From: Octopus sinensis
Lineage: Eukaryota
Direction: 5' to 3'
Assembly: GCF_006345805.1 (NCBI RefSeq)
Contig: NC_043001.1
Coordinates: 46,066,001-46,130,000 of the forward strand
DNA: 64,000 nt
Within the stretch, counting starts at the first letter, position 1. Each line of letters begins with the position of its first letter. The notes beneath the pieces were generated by a model. It was not told the origin of the DNA. It made no database searches and was given only the letters and a program-made list of their open reading frames with translations. A program made the translations under genes and the position numbers. Below, piece by piece: positions 24,309-37,620 of the stretch.

Positions 24309-25034
24309 CACACACACACCACACACACAACACACACCACACACAACACACACCACACACACACACACACACACAACAGTGTTAGCGCGTGCCATGAGTA
24401 AATGCTAAGTGTATGCAGTAGACATTAATAATGACAATTACAATCAAAAGGCACAATCTCAGAGACAATGCGTAAAAATATTTTCAAAACAATGTAAATG
24501 CGTGTGTGTGTGTGTGTACTAATGTAGCAATTGAATGTTTTACGTGAATACCACCAATCAGTATAAATATATAAGCATTGCAGTTGAAAAAAAATGTACC
24601 AAAAGGATTTGGACCACACATCCATGACTTTAGGTTTAGCATACTTATGTTTGACATATTTACTGAGTAAAGCAGTGAGGTGGCAGAATCGTTAGCTAGC
24701 CGGGTAAATGCCTAGCGGACATTACGTTCTGAGTTCACATTGACGCCGGGGTCGACTTTGTCTTTCATCCTTCAGGGCTCGATAAAACAAATACCAGTTG
24801 AGTAGTGAGGTCCATGTAATCGACTTACCCCTCCACCAAAATTTAATACCAGTAGACTGACAGAGACTGTTTTGTTTATCGTTTCGTGAGTCATGTAGTC
24901 TTTGGCCAGCAAGTTAATTCTGCGCAGATCAAGTTACATAACTCCATCTTTCTTACATAGCAAGATATTACATCTTGATTGATTTTATTGACCAGAATTT
25001 TCACTCCATAGATAGCAAGGGAGCTGGAAATTTC

Positions 25035-25165
25035 CTGTCTTGAAGAGTATCACGAAAGGCCTGGTCGGAGGCTCAATCTTCCGAGTTCTGTTACAGGATT
25101 TAGAAAAACTGAAGGACCGCTGCAATAAGTGTGTGACTCTGAAAGGGGAATATGCTGAATAATCA
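25035..25165 (+). mobile_element. mariner transposase C-terminal remnant
   Basis: GLEKLKDRCNKCVTLKGEYAE* resembles GI.KL..RW.KC....G.Y.E. Confidence 0.65.
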
Positions 25166-26101
25166 TAATTAACTGATTCTCCTATATTTTCTTTTACCCA
25201 AAGACATGGACTTTTCCGCATCTCCTCGTATATGTTAAGTTATACAGCATTAGTCTTTATTTTGCTATTGTTTTTATAATCTTCCTTTGCCTGTTTTCGT
25301 ATCGTCTTACAAAAGCAAAATCAATAGGGGTTCAATGCGATGGCTTCATGGGCAAAAAATTCGATTTTAGTCTTGCTTAAATATTCATTTTGTTCACTTG
25401 CAACGTTGTTGGTTGTGAATTTAGTCTGTAAACTTATCATTGTATGTATAGGCGGAGCCGTTTGAAAGTTCGTTTCCTAAATACGTAGTTCTAAGTACCA
25501 TGCCACTTGGACAAGTGTTTGTCACAATAAACTTGACGCATGTGAGTGAAATTAAAATTTGGGAAACGGAAACCATGCTAAAGCCGATCGGATATATATA
25601 TATATATATATATAATATATATATATATATATTCCCTTCTTTCCTGAGCGTCTAATAATACTTTATTTGTTCCACGTCCTTGCGTTGTTTTTTTGTTTTT
25701 GTTTTCTTGTTTGGATTAACTATATATATATAGGCCCCGATTTCCAGAATTCCAAGTTATTCGTTTCCAATCATCAGCAGCTGGTAAACCGAACCTAGTT
25801 TTCTTTTGAATATGTTTTGAAAAATGAAATGAGGGTTTAAAAGAAACGCTTATCGTTATGTTCTTTCGCTTGAAAACTCTTATGAAAGAACGTGGAAACA
25901 CGACTGGTTCAAGCTTTTGGTTTCATTTCTGGTTCTCATGGTAATATTATTATAAAAACGTTCATATAATCGAAGTTATGCAATTGCATTTCTGTTAAAG
26001 CAATGTTCTAAAATAATACTTTTTAGTAACATTTTTAATTAATGCTTTTCAGAAACAATTAGCATGTATGCGGGTCTTCATTTTGCATGCGCCTGTACAG
26101 A

Positions 26102-26149
<48 letters not shown>

Positions 26150-26305
26150 ATATGTACACACACACACATATATATACACAGTTATATATTCGTGTATACA
26201 TATATATTCATGTATACATACATATATAAGTTAATTTGTTAAGATCTTCTTGGTCACCATTGCATTGTGTGTGTGTGTCTGTGTGTACGCACATACGTAC
26301 GTATG

Positions 26306-26336
<31 letters not shown>

Positions 26337-26839
26337 CGAATAGCTTCCCAGATTCTAAGCCAGGGTTCGAAACACGAATCTACAGTCTTCTACAACTTCT
26401 CTTACTATTGTTCTGGCTTTTGCCCTTAGAAGTTTATAAGAGCTTGACCTAATTTAGTGATAGAAAATATAAATACGGAACCCTAAATCGCTTCTACCAT
26501 TTCTTCACTAGGCCGACCGTCGAAGAATATCCCTCTTTCTTCCTTTACTCATGAGTTGTCAAAGAGGGAGCACACAATTTTCAACCTCTCTATTTGTCTA
26601 GATACTTTTATTCTTTCTCTCACCTTCTTCTATCAGTTCTCCTAGCAGTCAACAAAGATGAAGTTAACTACCTACAGAATGGATAACAAAACTGCAAATA
26701 ATCTGTGCACTACAACTCGAAGAAATTATATTTTACATTGTAGCGATATAATAGAGGGTCATAGCAATTAATATTAGCTTTCTTCCTCTCATTTATTTGC
26801 TATAAAGAAATCGTTACACGCGTGCAAATATCTTCGTAG

Positions 26840-26982
26840 CAGCTTGATTCGGCTCTATGCAACTGAAAGTTTCGTGGGCTCTTAAAAAGAAACTAGCTCG
26901 TCGGGCTTACGTTAGCTTGACGAGCTAGCTTCGTAAGATGAACCTAGCTCGTCAGGTTAAGGTATAGAGCCGAATCAAACTG
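26840..26982. mobile_element. Small MITE
   Basis: TIRs CAGCTTGATTCGGCTCTAT / ATAGAGCCGAATCAAACTG; internal CTAGCTCGTC motif three times, one inverted. Confidence 0.65.
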
Positions 26983-28236
26983 TTATTAAATAATAATTCC
27001 TACCAAATGTATTGCACGCCACTTTCTTTCGTTTGTTCACCCACTCGCATGTATGTGTGTGTGTGTGTATGTGTGTGGAGAGAGAGAGAGAGAGAGAGAG
27101 AGGGGGGATAGAGAGATAGAGAGAGAGAAAGAGAGGGAGAGAGAGAGAGAGAGAAAAAGAACATGATTAACACTTTATTTTTCTGAACCCTCATTTATCG
27201 TCCACGACAAGAGAATCCATCATATATATATGTACATATATATATACATACATACACATACACACACATACATGCACACACAATAAGATATAATAGTATA
27301 TTAATATTTTAATATATATTAAATACATTATAATATACATGGCTATAGCAATTAAAACCAAAAAAGTAAAAATTAATAAATAAGGGTGCTAAATAGCACT
27401 TGCAATTGCTAGAAATGAGAGTCAAAAATATAAGGCATGCAGGCAGCATGATATACCAATGTAGTCGATCGACTTAGATCGACTTTGCCGTTTGTCCCCT
27501 TTTGAAATCAATAAAAATAATTGTAGGTCAAAGCACTAAGGGCAATAGAATCGATTAAAATATTTGAAGGTAGTGTCCCAGTCTGATCACAATCCAATAA
27601 CTGAAACTAGTAAAAGAATATAAGAATATGTAACTAAAAAAAAAAATGATTTTTTTCACACGACCTTTTGTTTATTCAATTTTTCCCCTTATATTAAAGC
27701 TCTCTGAAAATAGGTGAGATTCACTTATGGCTTTTTACTGTGAAAACATTGTGACTTCATAGTACAAAGAAATGTATAACTCGTTTGTGAAACATCATAA
27801 AACAAAGAAATCAGGATTTAAAAAAAAGAATTATTGTACTGTATTTATTATTATTATTATCATCACTATTTTGGAAATGTAGTTTTTAATGTAATAATGT
27901 TTGCTTTTAGTTATATTACTGTTCTAAATATATCACACAATAAAGTGCTGGTGAAATTTGGATATATGTATTAACAAATTAAGCAAAAGAACAAAAAGCC
28001 TCTGGCACTGTAATTTCCTCAAATTCAGTGAAAGAACATAGGCTAAAAATAATTATATAATATAGTAATTATGTAGAATATTTGATAAAAGCGTTTTGTA
28101 AAATGTTAAGTGACGTGGCTTCATTTTTATTTTAATTATCTGGCGGAAATCTGTCTTTCTTATAAAAGACGAACGCCTTCATCGAGCTGGTGTAGGGTAG
28201 ATTAATTCGATTAATCCAGAGAAGTGACTTTCATTG

Positions 28237-28610
28237 GCGAGCTGGCAGAATCGTTAAGCCCGCCGGGCGAAATGCTTAGCGGTATTTTGTCTGTCGTTAC
28301 GTTCTGAGTTCAAATTCCGCCGAGCTCGACTTTGCCTTCATCCTTTCGGGGCCGATAAATTAAGTACTGGGGTCGATATAATCGATTTAATCCGTATGTC
28401 TGTCCTTGTTTGTCCCCTCTGTGTTTAGCCCCTTGTGGGTAGTAAAAAAATAGTTATTTCATCTGCCGCTACGTTGTGAGTTCAAATTCCGCCGCGATCG
28501 ACTTTGCCTTTTATCCTTTCGAGGTCGATAAATTGAGTACTGGGGTCGAGGTGATCGACTGTCCCCGTCTCCACAAAATCCAGGCCCTGTATTTATTGTA
28601 GAAAGGATTT
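28237..28610 (+). mobile_element. SINE family B composite (tail-1 unit followed by tail-2 unit)
   Basis: Junctions at 28281 and 28453, with the same arrangement as 16820-17215. Confidence 0.85.
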
Positions 28611-28614
28611 TTTT

Positions 28615-28905
28615 TATTTATGTGCCTCTTTCAAGCCTAACCAGGTCCATGGGCCCGGTTTCCCGGTTTCTATGGTGTATGTGTTCCCCCCCGCCAGCTG
28701 GACGGGACGCCAGTCCAACGCAGCGTTACTCAAGAAACATGAAGAAAGAGTGAGAGAAAGTTGGGGCGAAAGAGTACAACAGGGGTCGCCACCAACCCCT
28801 GCCGGAGCCTCGTGGAGCTTTAGGTGTTTTCGCTCAATAAACATAAACAACGCCCGGTCTGGGAATCGAAACCCGATCCTCCGACCGCGAGTCCGCTGCA
28901 CTAAA
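28615..28905 (-). mobile_element. tRNA-derived SINE, family C
   Basis: Minus strand has a tRNA-like head (TTCGATTCCCAG), a central TGCGTTGGACTGGCGTCCCGTCCAG block recalling a conserved (V-type) SINE central domain, and an A-rich tail. Confidence 0.65.
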
Positions 28906-29124
28906 CAGCCAAATCTCTTTCAGCAATCTCTTTACTAGTTTGAAGACGGAGACATTTTTTCAATCTCAAGGTATTGGGCATTATTTCGTTTTAAGAATGG
29001 CGAGTGTCAGTTGTGCCGTTTTCCCAACACATTGTCATTCTCGGTAGTTTACAGAAATACATAAAAATAAGGGAATCGTAAAAAATACACAAAAAGGATG
29101 TATAATGTACGTGAATATGTGTGC

Positions 29125-29167
<43 letters not shown>

Positions 29168-30093
29168 ATTTTTGTATTTTTTTACGATTCTGTCGAAAAT
29201 GACATCATATACGGCGAAATCAGCTGACACAACTTTAACACTTGCCATACTTGAAAGGAAAGAATGTCAATTATTGTTTTGTTTTCAGTCAGGTCTCGTT
29301 TCGCATCGAAGAGGATAACATTATGAGTTCGTTTCCTCCTGCGGGCACTAATCACGCCATAGAACAAAAACAGCTCCGAAAATAAATAAATATGTGAGGG
29401 TATAAGGTCTTTCTGCCTTGCCCTCACAATCTTTTTTACTCGTCCACCCACGGCAACTTGCAGACCATTGTAGTAATTACTGTGTCACGTGAATTTGTGT
29501 TCGTCTATAAATCGTTTATATATAAATGACTGTGTAGGTGTGCTTAATAAATTACATGGAATGTGCAGAATATAGACCACCAATAGAACAAAGGTTATGA
29601 ACACACACACACATACGCACGCACACAGAGTGAGAGAGAAAGACTCATAGAGACAGATGATGATGGGGGGAGGAGAGAAGGAAGTAAATGAGAGAATAGT
29701 TGTAGGAGGAGTTATTCAAATGAGAAATTCGTTTTATTTAACGCTATTTTAATGCAACAAATGTTTTTCTCCTTAAAATTAGAATTCATTTAATCATTTT
29801 TGCATTAGTACCAAGAAATTGCATAAAAGTTAATTTGTAATTATATTACGTATGCCTTGTTTCCTGGAATTATTCATGGTGACAAAAGTATATTTCCAAG
29901 CTACGTGTCACGTGACATTGCTTGTACATCTGCACTGCATACCACTTGTTAGATGTCGAAGATATCGCAGGAGGGTCAAGAACACAACGTACCGACCGGT
30001 CCGCGACTTGAAACCGCGATATGGCGGTCATGAGTGTAACAGCTTAACCACTAGGCTATAACGAATACACACACTGAGCCTAACCATTAGGTC

Positions 30094-30126
<33 letters not shown>

Positions 30127-30430
30127 TGCATGTATGTATGTATGTATGATGCATGTATGTATGTGGTTTCGATTCCTGGGCCAGGCAAAGCATTGTGTTC
30201 TTGAGCAAAACACTTCATTTCACGTTGGTCCAGTCCACTCAGCTGGCAAATATGAGTAAACCAGCAACTCACCAGCATCCTGTCCTGGAGAAAAAAATAT
30301 ATGCGCCAAGGAAACCAGGAAACCGGCCCTATGAGTCTACATGATTCAGAAGGATCCTCCTGTGTGTATGTGTGTGTGTGTGTGTGTGCGTGTGTGCGTT
30401 AAATAATAAATAATCAAATAAGTCCATATA

Positions 30431-30931
30431 CAGTGATCACTCGCTACTTCGTGGTTCGGCTATCACGGATTTTAAAAATATATATATACAGTTTTATATA
30501 TAGAGATGAACGCCTAAAATTTCTCATTAAATCCCATTAAAATATTAATAATAAATATTACTTCATAGTCTTGGAACAACAAAACAAGCGTAAAATAGCA
30601 AAAAAGCATATACAGGGGTATTTGAACTTAAGACGGGCTGTGATTGGTGCAATGGAGAGAGACGACGAATCACAGCTTTGTATTTTGCAAGCTGGCCTGT
30701 GTAACAGTAACAATTTTTTTGTTTTTTTAATCTAAAATGTTATTGCTTAACAGTTGTCCTTGTTATTAATAGACTACTGTAATAGGTGGGTTGCTGACAG
30801 TATAGGGAGGGTTTTAAAAGTCCAAATACACGTTAAATAAACATTGTAAATATGGTGTCCCTACTTCGCAGAAATTCAGTTATCACGGCCGGTCTCGGAA
30901 CCAATCTACCGCGATAAACGAGGGATCACTG
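30431..30931. mobile_element. Tigger/pogo-type MITE, copy 2
   Basis: Same TIRs and TA flanks as 17732-18214; collinear interior. Confidence 0.85.
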
Positions 30932-31789
30932 TACCTCCATTTTCCACAGTTTATTTTAATTTGTCTCCATGGCTTTGTGTTGAAACTGGCCGAATAGAAA
31001 ACGTACTGCACTATTAGTGGAGTGACCTAATTCATTGAAAGTGATAGATATAGATGTGTTCATAAACAAGTCACCATCAACCCATTCCTGAATCACTCCA
31101 ACAAGCAGTAAATAAACCCCATGATCGAATTGTTATGAAACGTTTGCTCGATCCACTGTGTGACTCTTTGTGTGTTTTCTGTTATAGATGCGGGTTGTCT
31201 CAAGTCTTGTGAACGAAATGAGACAGACGGAAACTACACCTGTAATTCAAAGACTTGGCTTTGTTGATTACAATGTTATGGCGAGCTTGCTTCATGGTTA
31301 CATTAAATGGACGTGTTTATGGAATATTTAGCCACAATACAATGGCTACATAATTTCGTTGTTCGAGCAACCGGAATCCTCATTCGTCGAAATTAAAGCA
31401 AGGCCAGTTCAATTACTATACGAGTATATATAAATACAATATTAAATCTGCAGTACAGAAAACCCAACAAACTGCAGCCAAAAGGCTTAAACGCGTTTGA
31501 GAAGTACAGAAGATATTTCAACTCTGAAAGAAATCAACTCCGTGTTAGTTTAGTGCTCACGTATCTAGGAAATTCATTCAAACTGGTGATATTTTGCTTG
31601 ATTAAAAATAGAAGTTAGAAGAAGGAAATCAACGATTTGAAAATGATACAAAAAAAAAAACCCATTACCACCACTAACAACAATAAAAAGAAGAACAAAC
31701 AGAAAATGCTACATTCTGGTCTGCATCCGAAGGAATGGTGTAGTAACTAAAACTTTTTTAACAAGCAGGCTGACTATCCTGTTATACTC

Positions 31790-32225
31790 TATCTTTTATC
31801 TTTTACGTTTCAGTCACTCGACTGCGGCCATGCAGGAGCATCACCTTAAAGGGTTTTAGTCGAACAAATCTCCCCCAGTGCTTGTTTTGTTTTTTTGAAT
31901 TGGTACTTATTCTATCAGTCTGTTGTTTTTTTTATATAGTTGAACCGATAAGTCATGGTAACGTAAACAAAGCAACATCGGTTATCAAGATGTGTGGGGG
32001 AACAAACACAGACATAATGACACACATACACGCACACAACCCCCCCCACACACACACACAGACATACATACGATCGGCTTCCACACAGTTTCCTTTTACT
32101 AAATTCACTAACGGCATTGGTCGGGGTGGTGACTATATTGAAAGACACATGCCCAGGTGTCACTGAATTCTCAACCATGTGGTTGCGAAGCGGGGTTTCT
32201 TAACCACATAGCTTTGCATGCGCCT
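31790..32225 (-). mobile_element. SINE family A, diverged
   Basis: Reverse complement collinear with family A. Confidence 0.75.
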
Positions 32226-32485
32226 AATACATCTTTGAATCAATGCACAGTGCACAAGAAAGTATCTTTCAATGAGGGGCTTAATTTCTTTGAACAAGAC
32301 GCACTTTTTCCCCCAAAAGAATGGCTACTCGCGGGTTGGTATTCAAATTAATTAATGAAGCTGAGTTACCATAAGAAATGGTTTCGACTTCCGCAGTGAG
32401 AACAATTGCTTAAGTTTCATTGGCTAAAATTACGTAACTTTACATGCGTCTAATTTCTTAGTTATAAATTTTCCAAAATACTAAT

Positions 32486-32912
32486 GGTACGTTTTGGTTA
32501 TCTCACGCCCATTAGAAAATTACCATTAAAAAATTGGGTTACCTCCCCACTAAAAAATTGAGTTTGTGGCGACAAGAGATTGGATAAAAAGTGTTAGATC
32601 CTTTTGATTTAATATTCAACACATTGTTGACGTTCGGCCCCCTAAATAGGCATGGTATGATTTGTAATAAAAATGTTATTAGATTCAATAAGATGATTAA
32701 TTTTTTCAGTTTTCCTTTTTATTAATTTTTTTTCAGTTTTCATGTTTATTGATTTATTTTTCATTTTTTAAAGTTTTGTTTGTTTTATTGATGATTAAAC
32801 AATTTTTCTAGGTGGGGGAGTAACCAAAAGTACCGATATTTTTCATAATTTTCATAAAAACGGTGGGAGATAACCCAATTTTTTAATGGGGGTGAGATAA
32901 CCGAAAAGTACC
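32486..32912. mobile_element. MITE with long imperfect TIRs, copy 1
   Basis: GGTACGTTTTGGTTATCTCAC... / ...GTGAGATAACCGAAAAGTACC; an inverted second copy lies at 33200-33935. Confidence 0.7.
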
Positions 32913-33199
32913 ATAATAACTACGATATTTGTAAACAGTATGTAAAACTATATCGAAATTACAATTTTGAAAATTTTCAGATTAAGATTTAAGTTTGAAC
33001 GGAAACGAAAAATATCCGACGCACTTGCACCACATATCAGTCTTGTATTTCTCCATCTCTAATCATGGAAAACACACCTCTAAGATTTTTCATATCGCTA
33101 CAAATAGTGATGGTCTCTCACGGTGAGCTTCCATGTATTACCTTAACATAACTTACATCATAAAAATTAGCCTTTTTTTAAGGACCAGAACATACTTTG

Positions 33200-33935
33200 A
33201 GTACTTTTTGGTTATTTCACCCCATTAAACAATTGGGTTATCTCCCCCCCCAACTAAAAACATTGTTTAACCCTCAATAAAACAAAACAAAAATGAAAAA
33301 TTAATAAACAGGAAAAGTGAAAAGATTAAACATCTTAATGAATCTTTACTCTCTTTTACTTGTTTCAGTCATTTGACTGCGGCCATGCCGGAGCACGGCC
33401 TTTAGTCGAGCAAATCGACCCCGGGACTTATTCTTTGTAAGCCCAGTACTTATTCTATCAGTCTCTTTTGCCGAACCGCTAAGTGACAGGGACGTAAACA
33501 CACCAGCATCGGTTGTCAAGCAATGCTAGGGGGACAAACACAGACACACACACACACACATACACATATACGACAGGCTTCTTTCAGTTTCCGTCTACCA
33601 AATTCATTCACAAGGCATTGGTCGGCCCGGGGCTATAGCAGAAGACACTTGCCCAAGATGCCACGCAGTGGGACTGAACCCGGAACCATGTGGTTGGTCA
33701 GCAAGCTACTTACCACACAGTCACTCCTGCGCCTATAACATTTTTATAACAAATCATACCATGCCTATTGCGGAGGCCAAAAGTCAACAATGTGTTGGAG
33801 TATTGAATCAAAAGGACCTAACAAACCCTTTTAATCCAATCTCTTGTCGCCACTTAAAATCAACTTTTTAGTGGGGAGATAACCCAACTTTTTAATGGCA
33901 ATTTTTTAATGGAGGTAAGATAACTAAAAAATATC
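33200..33935. mobile_element. Same MITE, copy 2 (opposite orientation), split by a young SINE A at 33346-33735
   Basis: 33200-33345 plus 33736-33935 are the reverse complement of 32486-32912; the intervening sequence is a near-consensus family A SINE on the minus strand. Confidence 0.75.
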
Positions 33936-34367
33936 TTTGTAATGGAGTGCTCCCCAAGTATATGGAACACCAAGGATCATAGGATCATATCTAAAAGAAT
34001 ATCTTTTAATTGATCGGTAAACAGGACGCTTCCTCTTATAACTTTACTACCTCTTTACATCAATTCTTCTACGGCCCCAATTCATCTGAACTTCATTTGC
34101 ACATCTCATCCACCATGGTTCACTCACTCATCTGTCCCTCTCGCTTCGCCTTTCCTCTTTCTCATCTCTGCACTGTGATTGGTCAGTACCTTTCCATCTT
34201 ATTAGAATCCTAAGTCTCTATAATTGCGCCTTCGTCCACAATAATTTTTCTCTCAACGGGAGGTCGAACGACAGATGTTTAAGCTGAATATCTGTGTGTC
34301 CAGTATGTGAAAAGTACCTGAAGGGCTATAAACTTTGCCCTTTCATCCCCGGGTAAGAAAAAGTGGA

Positions 34368-34443
<76 letters not shown>

Positions 34444-34784
34444 GAGTTCACCTCAGTTCACCTCTTTGCCAGGAATAGATTCTGTGGTTTTCTGAGGAAA
34501 GGTCAACGGGTTTGATCATCCATTCAGTCAAAGGATCAGAAAAGGTCAAACGACTGGCATATTTGTGTATGACTCCTAAAACTATGTATGTATGTATGTA
34601 TGTATGTATGTATGTATGTATGTATGTATGTATGTATGTATGTATGTATGTATGTATGTGTGTATGTGTGTGTGTGTCTGTATGCGTGTCTGTATGTGTG
34701 TATGTGTGTGTGTGTGTGATGATTTGAAAGTATTTATGGCGTTGAATTGACTAGAAATGAACATTGGGACTAGTTTATATACTC

Positions 34785-34873
34785 CTTTATTCTTTTACTT
34801 GTTTCAGTCATGTGACTGTAGCCATGCTGGAGCACCGCCTTTAGTCGAGCAAATCGACCACACATACACATAC

Positions 34874-34904
<31 letters not shown>

Positions 34905-35083
34905 TGTATGTATGTATGTATGTATGTATGTATGTATGTATGTATGTATGTGTGTGTATATGTTGGTGTGTCTGTATTTGTCCCCGCAACATCGCTTGAC
35001 AACCGATGCTGGTGTGTTTATGTCCCCGTAACTTAGCGGTTCTGCAAAAGAAACCGATAGAATAAGTACTAGGCTTACAAAGA

Positions 35084-35114
<31 letters not shown>

Positions 35115-35278
35115 TATATACGACGGGCTTCTTTTAGTTTCCGTCTACCAAATCTACTCACAAGGCTTTGGTCGGCCCGAGGTAGAAGACACTTGCCCAA
35201 GGTGCCACGCAGTGGGACTGAACCCGGAACCATGTGGTTCGTAAGCAAGCTACTTACCGCAACGCTACTCCTACGCCT
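34785..35278 (-). mobile_element. SINE family A with an inverted central segment
   Basis: Ends are in minus orientation while about 34860-35085 reads in plus orientation. Confidence 0.8.
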
Positions 35279-35534
35279 ATATATATCTATTATATAAAAT
35301 CTGTTCTGTCTGTCGGAAACTATTTTGCCTTAACTTCGTTTCTTTCCTGCCAAGCTTACTGTTTAAACCATGTCTGTGTTCTCCCAGCCAACAGCCTAAT
35401 CATTGCTGGTACTTTAAACTCTTCGGTTGCATATTTGTGTGAACAAAATCGTTTTTCTTTGAAATAGAAAAAAAGTCTATCTTTATTTCTTCTTTTACTG
35501 GTGTCTCAAATTTAGGTTAAACCAGTGTTTCTCA

Positions 35535-35800
35535 ACTGATGTAATCGACTTAATCCGTTTGTCTGTCCTTGTTTGTCCTCTCTGTGTTTAGCCCCTTGTG
35601 GGTAGTAAAGAAATAGGTATATCGTCTGCCGCTACGTTCTGAGTTCAAATTCCGCCGAGGTCGACTTTGCCTTTCATCCTTTCGGGGTCGATTAAATAAG
35701 TACCAGTTACGCACTGGGGTCGATGTAATCGACTTAATCCCTTTGTCTGTCTTTGTTTGTCCCCTCTGTGTTTAGCCCCTTGTGGGCAATAAAGAAATAA
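35535..35800 (+). mobile_element. SINE family B, tandem tail-1 units
   Basis: Junction AAAGAAATAGGTATATCGTCTGCC at 35616. Confidence 0.85.
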
Positions 35801-35979
35801 GAAACTTGCTTCTCAATCACATTGTTCTGGGTTCAGTCCCACTGAGTGGCAAGTTGGGAAAGTATCTTTTACTATAGCTTTGAGCCGACCAAAGTATTGT
35901 GAGTGGATTTGGTAGACAAAAAATGAATGAAGCCCGTCTTATATATATATATATGGGTATGTATGTGTATGTGTGTGTG

Positions 35980-36030
<51 letters not shown>

Positions 36031-36250
36031 TGTGTGTGTGTGTGTGTGTGTGTGAGTCTTTGTGCCTGTATTTGTCCCTCCATCACCTCTTGGCAACCGA
36101 TGTTGGTGTGTTTATGTCCACGTAAATTAGTGGTTCGGCAAAAGAGACCGATAGAATAAGTACCAGGCTTAAAAAAGATAAGTCGATTTGCTCGATAAAA
36201 AGGTGGTGCTCCAGCATGGCTGCAGTCACATGACTGAAATAAGTAGAAGT
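35800..36250 (+). mobile_element. SINE family A
   Basis: B-box region through CCAGCATGGCTGCAGTC tail. Confidence 0.8.
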
Positions 36251-36809
36251 ATATATGTGTGTGTATATATATATAAAACTTACTTGGAAGAAGACGTTCA
36301 ATCATATAATAACAATTTAATAAATAAAACATATGCATACATACATACATATATGTACATACTTACATCTATATGTATATATACATGCATATATGGGTAC
36401 AGGACACCACAAAAAAAAAACGTAGAACACAACGAGAAACGAAAACATAAAAACAAAACAAGGAAACGGACTTTTTTTATCAACGAAAAAACAGAGTACA
36501 AGACATAAAACACAAGGAACATTCCCCTTCTTCAGCTTCCCCTGTTTCGACTTATTGTGTGTTTCGAAGGTAAGGGCAGGACACGACTAAATTGAAACAA
36601 TCCTTCCCTTCTTCAGAATGCGTTCAAATGAATTTTTCCACCGTCTAGGCTTAAAAAAGCCCTTATTGTTTGTTTCTCATTGTCCGGTCTTTTACTGTTC
36701 TTATCTTTATTTGTACTGTTTTTATCTTTATTTGTACTGTTTTTATCTTTATTTGTATTGCTTTTACTGTTCTGTTCTTGTCACCTTTTTTTACCCCTCC
36801 GCAAAAAAA

Positions 36810-37130
36810 ATTTATCCAGTTTCTCCTTTAAGCATTTACTAACAAAACCTAGTGTTCCAGTTATTATTGGTATGAATATGAATTCATAGTCAGAGGTTTC
36901 GAAGCAGTTGCCCATAGATATCCTCTTTTTCTTTGATTTTCAAAAATATATTTATATCTGCAGGGCAGCTAACCTCTATGATGGTACATACCTTCGCCCC
37001 TCTGTCTCAAACAACAATATCCCACCTGTTATGCTTACATTTGACAGAAGTTTTGAGGAGAATATTCCACCAGTACTCCTTGAATTGGTCTCTATGAATG
37101 TATTCCATAACAGAGGGATTTTCTAAGTTT
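36810..37130 (-). mobile_element. R4/Dong-clade restriction-like endonuclease domain fragment
   Basis: WWNILLKTSVKCKHNRWDIVV*DRGAKVCTIIEVSCPADINI..KIKEK...YEFIFIPIITGTLGFVSKCL matches HNRPDI....K.C.I.E.SCPAD.N...K..EK...IPII.G.LG (PD-(D/E)xK nuclease). Confidence 0.8.
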
Positions 37131-37244
37131 ATTTCAAGACAGTCGTTTTTGTGGATGACATTGTAAATTGTATGTATGTATGTATGTATGTATGTATGTA
37201 TGTATGTATGTATGTATGTATGTATGTATGTATGTATGTATGTA

Positions 37245-37275
<31 letters not shown>

Positions 37276-37580
37276 ATGTATGCATGTGTATGTATGCAAG
37301 TGTGTATATGAGTGTGTGTGTGTATGTGTGTGTATATACGTATGTGTGTGTGTGAATGCGCGCCCGTGCGTGTGTATGCAAAACATACATGTAAGAAGTT
37401 ACGCTGTTTGACTAATTTAAACTGACTGATAAGCAAATAGCTAATTAGCAGATGTATAATTTATTCAGCTATTATGTTCATCAGGTCATTTGTGGATCTG
37501 CATATTCGTGTGTGTGTGTGTGTGTGTGTGGTGTGTGTGTGTGTGTTGTGTGTGTGTGTGTGGTGTGTGTGTATGTGTGA

Positions 37581-37620
<40 letters not shown>

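Noticed and set aside
35350-35465. Minus-strand segment with a good acceptor and an ACA|gtaagc donor
   Set aside because: It is open only as phase 1-2, which fits neither neighbouring exon.
36529-36616. Two CTGAAGA motifs and GAAA on the minus strand (hammerhead-like)
   Set aside because: Stem III and stem I cannot be formed; at best a decayed Penelope-type hammerhead.
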